Shown here: one piece after another, positions 31,331 to 40,946 of the stretch
How positions within the stretch are numbered: the first letter of the stretch is position 1
Layout: each line of letters opens with the position of its first letter
NCBI GenBank assembly: GCA_963675245.1
Contig: OY775910.1
Coordinates: 1,312,001-1,376,000 of the forward strand
From: Acholeplasmataceae bacterium
GTDB lineage: Bacteria > Bacillota_I > Bacilli_A > Acholeplasmatales > Acholeplasmataceae
DNA length: 64,000 nucleotides
Direction: 5' to 3'
The notes under the pieces: generated by a model
Seen by the model: the letters and a program-made list of their open reading frames with translations, nothing else
What the model was told of the DNA's origin: nothing
Databases searched by the model: none
Made by a program: the position numbers and the translations under genes

Positions 31331-31364
31331 GTGTCAATGGCTGTTATAATAAGTTTGCCAAATA

Positions 31365-31441
31365 CGGGACGTGGCGCAGCTTGGTAGCGCACTTGCATGG
31401 GGTGCAAGGGGTCGCAAGTTCAAATCTTGTCGTCCCGACCA
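31365..31441 (+). tRNA. tRNA-Pro(GGG)
   Basis: Cloverleaf, anticodon arm CTTGC-ATGGGGT-GCAAG, encoded CCA. Confidence 0.95.
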
Positions 31442-31518
31442 TTAAAATCAAGAGACATAAGTCTCTTTTCTTTTTCTAGAGTCTTTAATCGTGCTAAAAT
31501 AAGGGAGAAGGAGATGAT

Positions 31519-32040
31519 ATGATGTCTTTATATGATTTTGAAATCAAACGCAATGATGGCGCATTAACATCGCTTAATGACTATAAGGGAAAAGTGTTGC
31601 TTATTGTTAATACAGCAACACACTGTGGATTCACACCACAATATGAAGGATTGGAACATCTTTATCAAACATATCATGATCAAGGTTTTGAAGTTTTAGA
31701 TTTTCCAAGTAACCAATTCGCAAAACAAGCACCTGAATCTGACGAAGAAATTAATACGATATGTGAACTTACTTATCATACGACATTTCCAAGATTTGCT
31801 AAAATCGATGTGAATGGTAAACATGAAGATCCATTATTTTCATATTTAAAAAAACATAGTCCAGTCGAACTAAATGCACAATTAAAAAAAGAGAAAAAAC
31901 TATCAAAGTTATTGTTTGGAGAACGCATCAAATGGAATTTTACGAAGTTTTTAGTCAATCAACAAGGTGATGTTGTAGCAAGGTTTTCACCTCAAGTGAA
32001 ACCTGAAATGATTGATGCTTATATTAAAGATTTATTTTAA
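31519..32040 (+). CDS. Glutathione peroxidase family (Cys type)
   Basis: NTATHCGFTPQY, FPSNQF, WNFTKFL. Confidence 0.93.
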   Translation: MMSLYDFEIKRNDGALTSLNDYKGKVLLIVNTATHCGFTPQYEGLEHLYQTYHDQGFEVLDFPSNQFAKQAPESDEEINTICELTYHTTFPRFAKIDVNGKHEDPLFSYLKKHSPVELNAQLKKEKKLSKLLFGERIKWNFTKFLVNQQGDVVARFSPQVKPEMIDAYIKDLF

Positions 32041-32147
32041 GTGATAAGATAAAATGTTAATGAGACATTTTATCTTACTTTTTTGAATGTTTCATCTTAT
32101 GTGCATAGACATTTTTGATGATAGATGATAGAATATTATCGCGTGTC

Positions 32148-32225
32148 GCACCCGTAGCTCAGTTGGATTAGAGTGCAGCCCTCCGAAGGCTGAGGTCGCA
32201 TGTTCAAATCATGTCGGGTGCACCA
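32148..32225 (+). tRNA. tRNA-Arg(CCG)
   Basis: Anticodon arm CAGCC-CTCCGAA-GGCTG, CCA end. Confidence 0.95.
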
Positions 32226-32230
32226 TAGCA

Positions 32231-32321
32231 GGAGGAATACTCAAGCGGTTGAAGAGGCGGGCTTGGAAAGCTCGTAGGTCGGTAACACGGCGCAGGGGTT
32301 CAAATCCCCTTTCCTCCGCCA
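32231..32321 (+). tRNA. tRNA-Ser(GGA)
   Basis: Long variable arm, anticodon loop TTGGAAA, CCA end. Confidence 0.95.
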
Positions 32322-32329
32322 TTATGTAA

Positions 32330-32384
32330 CTTAAACATAACCTTATAAAGTTATGTTTTTTTATTTATAATGACATGTTATAAT
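32330..32384 (+). repeat. Cassette left-end site A with extended -10
   Basis: CTTAAACATAACC-TTATAAA-GTTATGTTT, T tract, TGTTATAAT. Confidence 0.75.
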
Positions 32385-32424
32385 GATTTTATAAGAAAAA
32401 TTTATATGGTTGTAAGGGGGATAT

Positions 32425-33717
32425 ATGACATTAAAACAATTTAAGCATGACATGATTAGAGGACTTGGAACATGTATCATTGAATTGGAAAATTCTAATG
32501 ATATAAGTCAATATAAATCTATTGTTCTTTTTGGATGTCTAAATACAATCAGCTACGAACATCAAATAGAAGGAACAAGAAGTCGATATATGTATGAACT
32601 TATTAAATATTTCAATGATGATTCGTATTTTGAAAATTCAATAATTTGTAAGTTCAAGAAAAATCTAAAAAGCGTAACTTTGATAGTCACACTTATTGAA
32701 AGACTAGCTTATTTTGCAGGCAATGGAAGTGATAAGGCTAAACAAATACTATATGAAAAATATGAATACTTGATTCACAAGAATAATATTACACACGATA
32801 ATGGTATAGTTTTAGATTGGCTATGTGTTAATTTATTGCAAGTTTACGGATATAAATTTTTGAAATATCATATTGAAACAGTAAAACAAATGAAAAAATA
32901 TATAGAGGAAGATCATTTAGGGTGGTTTTATTATAGTGCTATTCAAAGATACAAAGAAAAGGCTGGAAGTTTGTTGAAATCTATTCACCCACACTATGAC
33001 AATAAACCAGAGTTTACATTTGAGCAGAATGATTTTTCTTTTCAAAATATATTTAATCATTTAATGGATGAAAATTTCTTTATTAGATTCAATGCATTCT
33101 CATTTAGAGCAGATGAACTAGAAATAAAGAAAGCTATTAATTTTTTAATTGAAGATGGCAATGTAATAAAGAAAAAAAGATTATTAAGACTCTTATCAAG
33201 GAAACCTATTGACCACAACATTGGAAAAATAATAGAAATGATTGGTAAATATCCTGATAATTTGGATAAAATAATTTTGGAATATTGCAGTAATATTCCT
33301 AATAATAATTTTGTTAAAAGATTAGGCTATAGTTTACTTGAAGAACGTTCTACTCGTTCTTTTGGTTTGCAAATGATTATAAATAGCTATAAGTCGTCAG
33401 ACAAAGAGAGTGTTATATACTATACTAAAAAACTTAAAATTGATTATGATGATATAGAATATTGGTATGATACATTTTCTGCGTTGCTTAATCTTATTTA
33501 TTCAAAGAAAAAAGATGTACCTATAGAATTACTACAATACATATTTAATGAAACACTGAATTCATACCAAAGAGAATATGTAATTGATATTATGAAAAGG
33601 AAAAAAATACAAAACATGAATATCTTATATATTGCTAAATATGATTCAGATTATGATGTTGTAAAAAAAGCTAAGAAGTTAATTGAAAGAATTAAAAGTG
33701 AATCATCTGGTAAGTAA
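32425..33717 (+). CDS. Hypothetical protein, 430 aa
   Basis: Long ORF with AAGGGGG RBS; no recognised motif. Confidence 0.75.
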   Translation: MTLKQFKHDMIRGLGTCIIELENSNDISQYKSIVLFGCLNTISYEHQIEGTRSRYMYELIKYFNDDSYFENSIICKFKKNLKSVTLIVTLIERLAYFAGNGSDKAKQILYEKYEYLIHKNNITHDNGIVLDWLCVNLLQVYGYKFLKYHIETVKQMKKYIEEDHLGWFYYSAIQRYKEKAGSLLKSIHPHYDNKPEFTFEQNDFSFQNIFNHLMDENFFIRFNAFSFRADELEIKKAINFLIEDGNVIKKKRLLRLLSRKPIDHNIGKIIEMIGKYPDNLDKIILEYCSNIPNNNFVKRLGYSLLEERSTRSFGLQMIINSYKSSDKESVIYYTKKLKIDYDDIEYWYDTFSALLNLIYSKKKDVPIELLQYIFNETLNSYQREYVIDIMKRKKIQNMNILYIAKYDSDYDVVKKAKKLIERIKSESSGK

Positions 33718-33728
33718 CTTATAAAACT

Positions 33729-33823
33729 ATGTAACATTTTTGTTTTATTGAATGGCCTTATAAAAGGAGAAATTGCTTAAACATCTCACAAAGGTTATGT
33801 TTAAGCAGACCTTTCCCCCGCCA
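33729..33823 (+). repeat. Cassette right-end site B plus tRNA-Ser 3' direct repeat
   Basis: AAGGTTATGTTTAAG (33791-33805) is the exact reverse complement of 32330-32344; 33810-33823 matches tRNA 32308-32321 at 13/14. Confidence 0.75.
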
Positions 33824-34027
33824 CCTGGAGGAAACCGGATTTGAATTAATATTAGTTTTTTATGATTTATAATTTATATAATATAGTTGATTTATTCTAT
33901 TAATGATGATAACTTCATAGCGTAAAATTTTCTTTGATGATGTTTAGTTTTATTTGACAAGAATTAGTATAAGTGATAGAATGCATACAATAGGATTTAA
34001 TAATAATCTATACAATAAGGGGGATTT

Positions 34028-35146
34028 ATGAAAAAAACAATTTTATTATTATCTTTTTTCTTTTTATGTTTAATGCTTACATAAAATGTATATGCTAGTG
34101 ATGTATATTTAGTTAACGATAATGGGATAAGTGTTTCTTATTTGGATTACGATATGTTCAAGTTATTCGGCTTATCAGATGATGAAATTAAAATTTTAGA
34201 CTTGGAAACATATAATAAATATGCCAATAGAAATATTATAGAGCAATCATATAATAGGATTAATATTGAAACAACTTATACTGTTGACAATGGTGAAATT
34301 GTCTCAAGGGTATACAAAAGAATGAATGAGATAGATTTTAAAGAAAAAGTACAAGTTCACAAAAATAAAATAAATAAAGATAAAAATTATGACAAAGATG
34401 ATATTATACTTTCGTCTGAGGTTAGTTCTTATTCGATTACTCCAATATTCGAAATTGAACCTCCTGGAGGCGGAGGCAGTAGTTCAAACATCGTGCGATC
34501 AATTTATGATTCAACTGATTATATGACATTTGATTCTTACAATATCTATTATTCAGACGCTGGAAGCAGTGGAGAAGTCTATATCAGAATTGAAATAGAT
34601 TGGGTTACAGAACCTAGTCAAAGATTTACTGATATATTAACAATTGGTTTTGAAGATGTCATGCTAAAAGAAGAATTTATTGGAGGACAATCTTATCCAG
34701 ATATTCATTCTTCGTTTACTTATGATCATGATTTGCATATAACTTATTTATATGGTCCACCTACAGTTACTTCATCATCATATAATATAACTTTTGATGG
34801 AAGTGATTATTCAGAATATATATATGATCATAATGATGAACATTATGTTGGTGTTGAATATGAATTACCAAAGGACCAATTTAGTGTTATTGGATATATA
34901 TATGATTCTAAATATTCAAATTTTCATATGCAACTGGAAATGAATTTCACAAGAACTAATTCTGATACAACTGGATTAACTTTTTCTGAATTTTATGCTC
35001 ATCAATCAGGTAGTGGATCAATAGATTGGGGGAAAATTTCCTTGACTTCAACTCCAGCGTTCATTAATTATGAAACTTCTCTTTTTGTAAATGATCCTAA
35101 TTTTGATGATGCAGTCGGTGGATTTGCAATTTTTCAGAATATTTGA
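34028..35146 (+). pseudogene. Secreted protein gene with in-frame TAA in the signal peptide
   Basis: RBS and ATG 34028, MKKTILLLSFFFLCLMLT*NVYASD, in frame with ORF 34142-35146. Confidence 0.75.
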
Positions 35147-35161
35147 TAGCGGGTGCTAAAA

Positions 35162-35353
35162 ATGAGTAAAAGAAATATAAAATTAATCTTTATAACTTCT
35201 TCCATGTTATCATTTATCGCTATGATAACATTAACAATAGTAGCGCTTATCGATTGGCAAGCAGTCGATATTGTTTCTGGTCTGTTTGTTCATGTAACTA
35301 TAGTAGCTATATTTATTGTAAGCACAATTGGTTATATAATTATTGATAGATGA
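35162..35353 (+). CDS. Small two-TM membrane protein
   Basis: Two hydrophobic helices; follows the secreted-protein gene. Confidence 0.6.
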   Translation: MSKRNIKLIFITSSMLSFIAMITLTIVALIDWQAVDIVSGLFVHVTIVAIFIVSTIGYIIIDR

Positions 35354-35412
35354 TATAAATTGTGATTAATGCTATAGAATATTATTGTGAAGATTAAGTG
35401 AATTTCAATCAT

Positions 35413-35446
35413 AGTGCATCAACTTCTAAGTTGGTGCATTTTTTTT
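35413..35446 (+). terminator. Intrinsic terminator
   Basis: AGTGCATCAACT/AGTTGGTGCATT plus T tract. Confidence 0.7.
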
Positions 35447-35570
35447 GGATATTTTTTTGCATCATATAGGACATTGTAGTTAGTGTTTAGTAGAAAATTA
35501 TGTTTGATAGCAAATGATACCGATGAAAAAATACTAATAAAACAGAGGGGATTATTACATTTTTCCATGC

Positions 35571-35653
35571 AAAAAAAGCAACTCAGCCCGAAAAAAAGCA
35601 AAACTCCGTCGAACACGAACGATTTTAGAGTAAAACTCCGTAATGACAAGACA
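35571..35653 (-). repeat. Transposon-end-like repeat, copy 1
   Basis: Reads TGTCTTGTCATT... on the minus strand, with internal AAAACTCCGT repeats; 28 bp identical to copy 2. Confidence 0.65.
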
Positions 35654-35964
35654 CGATTATTATAGAAATCGCAAAAAAATTGCTTTTAACAGCTTAATAT
35701 AGCCATTAATAGCGTTTATATTTGCGATTTTTTTGTTAAATGATTATGAGTTTTTGATTATAATACATGGTTCCTTAAGAGATAATCTGCAAATAAAATA
35801 ATTCACTTTGTAAGTTACTACTTAAATTTAAATATTTAGAGATTGATATAGGATAACATAATTTAGAGTGAATTGACTTGGATTATGTATTATGCTATAA
35901 TCAACTCAATTGATAGAGAACTATTGAATCATATTCTCTAAATACGTTAAGGGGGAAACAAACA

Positions 35965-37185
35965 ATGAAATCCATAAAGCGCAGCATTTTGTTATTTGTT
36001 CTATTTTTTGGTCTTTTTGTTAGTGTATTTGCAATTAGTACTACGCCAGTTCAGGCAGAATCTAATGTGGTAAATTCGACAGAAGTAATTGTATCATATG
36101 AAGATGTATTTCAATCTTATTACGATACAGTAATCTTAGAGGCTAAATTAGCATTTAAAGATACAAATCTATCCTTTGAAGAGTTTTGTGATAAGTATTA
36201 TTATTTTGATATGGATATAAAAACATATACTGAAGCAGTTATAGATGCTTATGTATATGGTGAATATTCTGATATTCCAATTGCTAAATCATCTTCATCA
36301 TCATCTTCAGAAACAGCCGATTATATTTTAGATAATGGTATATTTGAACGTGAACCAATTTACAATTATTTTGATTACTCTGTAATTGAAATTGGGGATA
36401 TTATTTATGAAACGGATACTATATTTTTTGATTCTGGTCATATAGCGATGATAACAGATTATGCCTATGATAGTACATATGGATCCTACTATCGTACTGT
36501 AGAAGCAGTTGAACCAACTGTGTCAAATGGTTTTTTAGATGATACAAGAATGATTGATTATAGAGTTAAAATATTAAGAGTTGTTGGTGCAAGCACAGCA
36601 CAAATTAATGTAGTTAGATATTTTATGAATTATCAGATTGGTAAATCATATAGTTTAAATCCAATAAGGTTAAATACAAACATAAATTCTAGTGAGTGGT
36701 ATTGCTCTGAACTTGTATATGCAGCTTATAAATATGCTAATATTGATATTGGTGTTAAAAAGAACAGTAGTGGTAATGATGTGTATTTAGTATTAGGGTG
36801 TTTACCAGTTGATATTTACAACAGTTATAATACAAGTGAAGTTACAATACCAAGTTTTTTCCTTGAAATGGAGAATATGGGAAAATCAGGCAGTTATTGG
36901 TTAATCAAAATTACAAATTTATCAAGCTCGTATATTAGCTTTCAATATAACAGTAAAATGTGTTTTGCAAATGATGCCGAAAATTGGAGCGGACTAAACG
37001 ACTTAGTTACGAGATCTTTATATCCGAATACTTCTGTAACTGTAAGTATTCGCGAAAATTGGTTTGCTACAACAGTTGTAGCCGGTTGGCTTGATAGTGA
37101 AGACATGAGATTTATTACTTATGGCAACCAGCTTACCACTAGTGGAGGTATCGTTGTTACGAATGTTAAGAAAGATGAGAGTTAA
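35965..37185 (+). CDS. Secreted permuted NlpC/P60 (YiiX/YebB-like) papain-fold protein
   Basis: Signal peptide (VQA), GDII...GHIAM before WYCSELVYAAY (His before Cys). Confidence 0.72.
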   Translation: MKSIKRSILLFVLFFGLFVSVFAISTTPVQAESNVVNSTEVIVSYEDVFQSYYDTVILEAKLAFKDTNLSFEEFCDKYYYFDMDIKTYTEAVIDAYVYGEYSDIPIAKSSSSSSSETADYILDNGIFEREPIYNYFDYSVIEIGDIIYETDTIFFDSGHIAMITDYAYDSTYGSYYRTVEAVEPTVSNGFLDDTRMIDYRVKILRVVGASTAQINVVRYFMNYQIGKSYSLNPIRLNTNINSSEWYCSELVYAAYKYANIDIGVKKNSSGNDVYLVLGCLPVDIYNSYNTSEVTIPSFFLEMENMGKSGSYWLIKITNLSSSYISFQYNSKMCFANDAENWSGLNDLVTRSLYPNTSVTVSIRENWFATTVVAGWLDSEDMRFITYGNQLTTSGGIVVTNVKKDES

Positions 37186-37197
37186 AATGTCTCTTCT

Positions 37198-37983
37198 ATG
37201 TTTCTGGTGGTCATTGTGAAAGCACATAAATATCTAATATTTTCATTAAGTAGTTTTTTAATTACATCAATCTATTTATCACTTATATATGTTTTGGGTA
37301 CATTAAATTCATATTATGGAACATCATTTCCATTGTGGATATTTTTCGGTTTATCAGCATTTGAGATTATTGTATATTTAGCAATCAACAATAAAAAATG
37401 GTTATTGTTGAGCATTATTACAATTTTAAAAGGAACTAGTTATACATTAGTTATGTCTGTGTTTTTGTTTAGAGGAAGCAGTGTACTAGGTACACCTGAA
37501 CTGATATTTTTAATCATTGGTATACTATTAGTGTTGATTACAGTTTATATAGAATATTTTGGTATATCTCGGAAACTAAATTCTCGTTCTAATGAAATTA
37601 TTAGATCAGGTATATTCAAACAGAAAAGATTGTTGATTTTACATATTGTTTATTTAATCATTATCATGCTATCTATTATCAATGATAGTTTTACTTTTGA
37701 AGGTTTTGTCTTATCAGGTGGAATTTTTATTGGAGCTTTATTTATCAGCATAACTTTGACTCAGTATATTATTTCAAAAAACAAAGGGAAAAAATCATCA
37801 TTAACTATATTGACTATACTAAAATTTTTAACAATATTATTTGTTATGATCGGATTAATGATGTATGTCAATATTTCATTTTATCATCCATATACTGCTA
37901 TAGTTAACTTGTTATTACATTTGGTAGCTTTAGTGAATTTTAGTTTCGAAATGTACCTATTAAATCATCAACCACTAACATAA
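37198..37983 (+). CDS. Polytopic membrane protein
   Basis: About 8 hydrophobic segments; 12 bp after the preceding gene. Confidence 0.7.
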   Translation: MFLVVIVKAHKYLIFSLSSFLITSIYLSLIYVLGTLNSYYGTSFPLWIFFGLSAFEIIVYLAINNKKWLLLSIITILKGTSYTLVMSVFLFRGSSVLGTPELIFLIIGILLVLITVYIEYFGISRKLNSRSNEIIRSGIFKQKRLLILHIVYLIIIMLSIINDSFTFEGFVLSGGIFIGALFISITLTQYIISKNKGKKSSLTILTILKFLTILFVMIGLMMYVNISFYHPYTAIVNLLLHLVALVNFSFEMYLLNHQPLT

Positions 37984-38031
37984 ATATAGAATCAATAAAA
38001 TAATTTTGTATAGTTCAAAGAGCAAGATACT

Positions 38032-38105
38032 AAAAAAAAGCAAGTCCATCAGAAAAAAAGTAAAACTCCGTTGGAAATAGAGTAAAACTCCGTAATGACA
38101 AGACA
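38032..38105 (-). repeat. Transposon-end-like repeat, copy 2
   Basis: TAGAGTAAAACTCCGTAATGACAAGACA (38078-38105) identical to 35626-35653. Confidence 0.65.
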
Positions 38106-38409
38106 TTAAACGAGCATTGGTCTGATACGATAAGTATTGGACCTTTTTATTTTGAAGATAGAGGATTTTCCCCTATTTTCAAAATATAGATAGTCAAGTA
38201 TAAGTCAAAAATCTAACTATTTCTTCACATTCATTTAATTCTACATTTAATGGGTCACACAATTACTTAACAAGCTACACGATAGCCTAACCTTTTACAC
38301 GGTTATAACAAGTATACTTTTTGAGACTATATAGTGTATAATTATGATAATGATTGTTCAGTATGAAACCGTTACACGCATCAGTTTAAATAATTATGGG
38401 GAGGAGCCA

Positions 38410-39075
38410 ATGAGACGATTCAAATACCCATTTTCAAAGCACATTGACAAAAAGTTGCTTAGAAAAAGAATTGATTTACTAGATAATTCAGCACGAGAAA
38501 GATATATTGCCAATAGACGGTTTCGCCTAATTTTTGGAACCCTATTTTGGATTTTGTTCGTTTTTTTTCTGGGTATTATGATTGTTCTTGAGCAAAATAT
38601 AAAACCAGTGATTGGAAAGACCTTATATACGATTTTGGTTATTTTCGTCAGCTTAATTTTACCGGCATTGTTATTATTATTTCCATATCGAAAACTCGAG
38701 AAAAATTATCCACCTCAGTCTTTAGAAACATTTCCAAAAGATATTATTGCTATCATTAATATAAAGCTATTGAAATACTATAAAATTCCGGAAAACTATA
38801 TTGTTACCAAATGTTATGATTCTTCAAATCAGCTTCTTGTTGATAAGGATGTGTTGCTTTTTTTTCACATAGACAAATTAAGGATGGTTAATGATTTTAC
38901 ATCGACAATTAAGGACTTCGGTTGTTTTGAATTTGGACTGGATGAGATTAAAGTGTCTTATGGAAAAAAAGAGGATATCGTTACAACTGAGATAAATGCA
39001 GAGAAGTTTTATATTTCATTAGGAAAAAGAGCAAAATCATTTATTTCAAGTAGAGGAAGAAATGAGAATGTTTAG
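38410..39075 (+). CDS. Hypothetical two-TM protein
   Basis: GAGGAG RBS before ATG 38410; two TM helices. Confidence 0.7.
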   Translation: MRRFKYPFSKHIDKKLLRKRIDLLDNSARERYIANRRFRLIFGTLFWILFVFFLGIMIVLEQNIKPVIGKTLYTILVIFVSLILPALLLLFPYRKLEKNYPPQSLETFPKDIIAIINIKLLKYYKIPENYIVTKCYDSSNQLLVDKDVLLFFHIDKLRMVNDFTSTIKDFGCFEFGLDEIKVSYGKKEDIVTTEINAEKFYISLGKRAKSFISSRGRNENV

Positions 39076-39475
39076 GCTTTTTAAGAAAAAGAACAATGAA
39101 GAAGAACTTGCAAAAGCTCGAGAAAACCATAGAACACATTTTAGAGAAAGGCTACAGGTTAACAAAGATAAAAACACAACTTTTGAAGCGATGTACATTT
39201 TATTTAATGCTCTGGATATTGAAATTGTTGAATTAATAAAAAGGTACAACCTCTATATTGATTTTGATTTTGTTGATGAAGATCAATATTATGAGGTAAT
39301 GGTACAAAACATTAATGGTGGGAAAAAAGGTATGTATACTACTGTTGGTACAGAACAAGGTAAGAATATAATGACTCTTGATAGTATAGGAGATACGATA
39401 TCGACAGATGGATTATCTTCAGAAGATATTATGTCTAGAGTGATTGATGAAATAAAAACTTTTCACGGGAAATAA
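39062..39475 (+). CDS. Hypothetical protein
   Basis: ORF overlapping the upstream stop, AGAGG RBS. Confidence 0.65.
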   Translation: MRMFRLFKKKNNEEELAKARENHRTHFRERLQVNKDKNTTFEAMYILFNALDIEIVELIKRYNLYIDFDFVDEDQYYEVMVQNINGGKKGMYTTVGTEQGKNIMTLDSIGDTISTDGLSSEDIMSRVIDEIKTFHGK

Positions 39476-39500
39476 ATACCCATAGGAGGATACCTACAAC

Positions 39501-40226
39501 ATGATTTGGATTGATAAGAAAGCGTTTAAAGAAACCTAATCAATACTTAAGCAGAAAACTAGTATGAAGCCTATCTTCGCTGATCTAAAACGATTTATTG
39601 AAAATATGTATTCGATTATTGTTCTTAACATAGTTTATGAGAAAATTAAATTCAAATCCAATAAGAATTCATATATATATGGAAAGAAGTATAGGTTGAT
39701 CTGCTATGTATCCTCTTATACCGAAAGAGAAAAGATGCAGAATAGAGTTGATGTTCAATTAGATAACTTTCCAAATGCGCATAAAATGGTTAATGATAAA
39801 GATATACAGAATACAATTTTAGATGAATTTTTTCAATTGTCAAAGAAATACAATTTTAAAATAAATGTTAGGAAGGAAGACATTTGGGTTGATTATTTCT
39901 ATTGGTTTTCTACACAATACATGAGTCTTATTGTAAGTAAAGTACAAAAGAAACTAATAGAAGATGTGCTTTCCAAATACAAAATTAAAGCAAATATATG
40001 GGGTATACATACAGGAACTTTTGGCATTGTTATATTCTATGATACAGATTCCAGTAAACTTATTAGCCAGCAAAATGGTATTTCAGAAGAGATTAAAAAC
40101 GAGATTTATTTAGGAGTAAAGCAACTAGATGAATTTAATTTTTATAAAGAAGAGTACATAAGTTTTGACTCAAAAGAAAATCTAGATAAAAATTATCAAG
40201 GAAGTCTATATTACTATTTTAAATAG
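39501..40226 (+). pseudogene. Hypothetical gene with early in-frame TAA
   Basis: GGAGGA RBS, ATG 39501, MIWIDKKAFKET*SILKQKTS in frame with ORF 39564-40226. Confidence 0.65.
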
Positions 40227-40235
40227 TAAAATTCG

Positions 40236-40330
40236 CTATTTTGATACAAGAAATTACTACATGAAAACCACAAAAAATAAAATGACTAAGTTAAGCCATA
40301 ATTTAGGGGTGCTAATTTGTATCAAAATAG
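40236..40330. repeat. 95-bp element with perfect 14-bp inverted ends (MITE/IS remnant-like)
   Basis: CTATTTTGATACAA ... TTGTATCAAAATAG. Confidence 0.5.
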
Positions 40331-40351
40331 GTAATGCAACCCATACTGTCT

Positions 40352-40408
40352 CTTAAACATAACCTCAAAAAGTTATGTTTTTTTTTGTATATTTTATTAT
40401 GATATAAT
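40352..40408 (+). repeat. Cassette left-end site C with extended -10
   Basis: CTTAAACATAACCTCAAAAGTTATGTTT, T tract, TGATATAAT; homologous to site A. Confidence 0.75.
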
Positions 40409-40463
40409 AGAAATAAAGAATAACGATTAAAACTTTAATAGAATGCTTTGGGGGGGTATACTC

Positions 40464-40853
40464 ATGTCAATAATATTTAAGGATTATAATGAGATGAAGA
40501 AGCATAATACTGTTTTTATAGAAATTCAATATTGTAAACTTAGAGCTTCCAAAAGTATAAAAAAGAAAGTTGCTGTGAGAAATATGAAGTATCGTTTGTT
40601 AGATTCACTTTATATTCATAGTTCAGATATTGAGAAATTTTACGATGAATATGGAGAAATATTTGTTGATGGTACATACAATAATCAAAAGACTGGATTT
40701 ATTGATCCGTATGGAATTAACTATTTCCAGAAAAATCAAATAAATGATTTTATTAATCATATGTTGGAATCCAAACCTACTGATTACAAAATTATGATTG
40801 AATGGTTGAAACAAGCATTAGAATTTAATGGATTCTATATTCTGGGAATCTAA
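40464..40853 (+). CDS. Hypothetical protein
   Basis: G-rich RBS before ATG 40464. Confidence 0.7.
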   Translation: MSIIFKDYNEMKKHNTVFIEIQYCKLRASKSIKKKVAVRNMKYRLLDSLYIHSSDIEKFYDEYGEIFVDGTYNNQKTGFIDPYGINYFQKNQINDFINHMLESKPTDYKIMIEWLKQALEFNGFYILGI

Positions 40854-40946
40854 CTCAAAACTTCAAATTGTTATCATGAATGGTTCATCGAAATCCTTTG
40901 ATTGTTATGATTATTTCTGTTTGACAATACGGAGGTATATGTAAAA

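Noticed and set aside
31261..31479. 72-aa ORF
   Set aside because: Spans a terminator and tRNA-Pro; spurious.
32305..32362. Chromosomal dif site
   Set aside because: XerD-like TTATGT arms are present, but there is no XerC-like arm at 6-bp spacing and the motif is multi-copy.
35419..35665. Two opposing short ORFs
   Set aside because: They overlie a terminator and the repeat; no RBS, and the second repeat copy does not conserve them.
34082..39539. TAA reassignment explaining the two in-frame stops
   Set aside because: Neighbouring island and core genes end normally at TAA, and no suppressor tRNA is visible.
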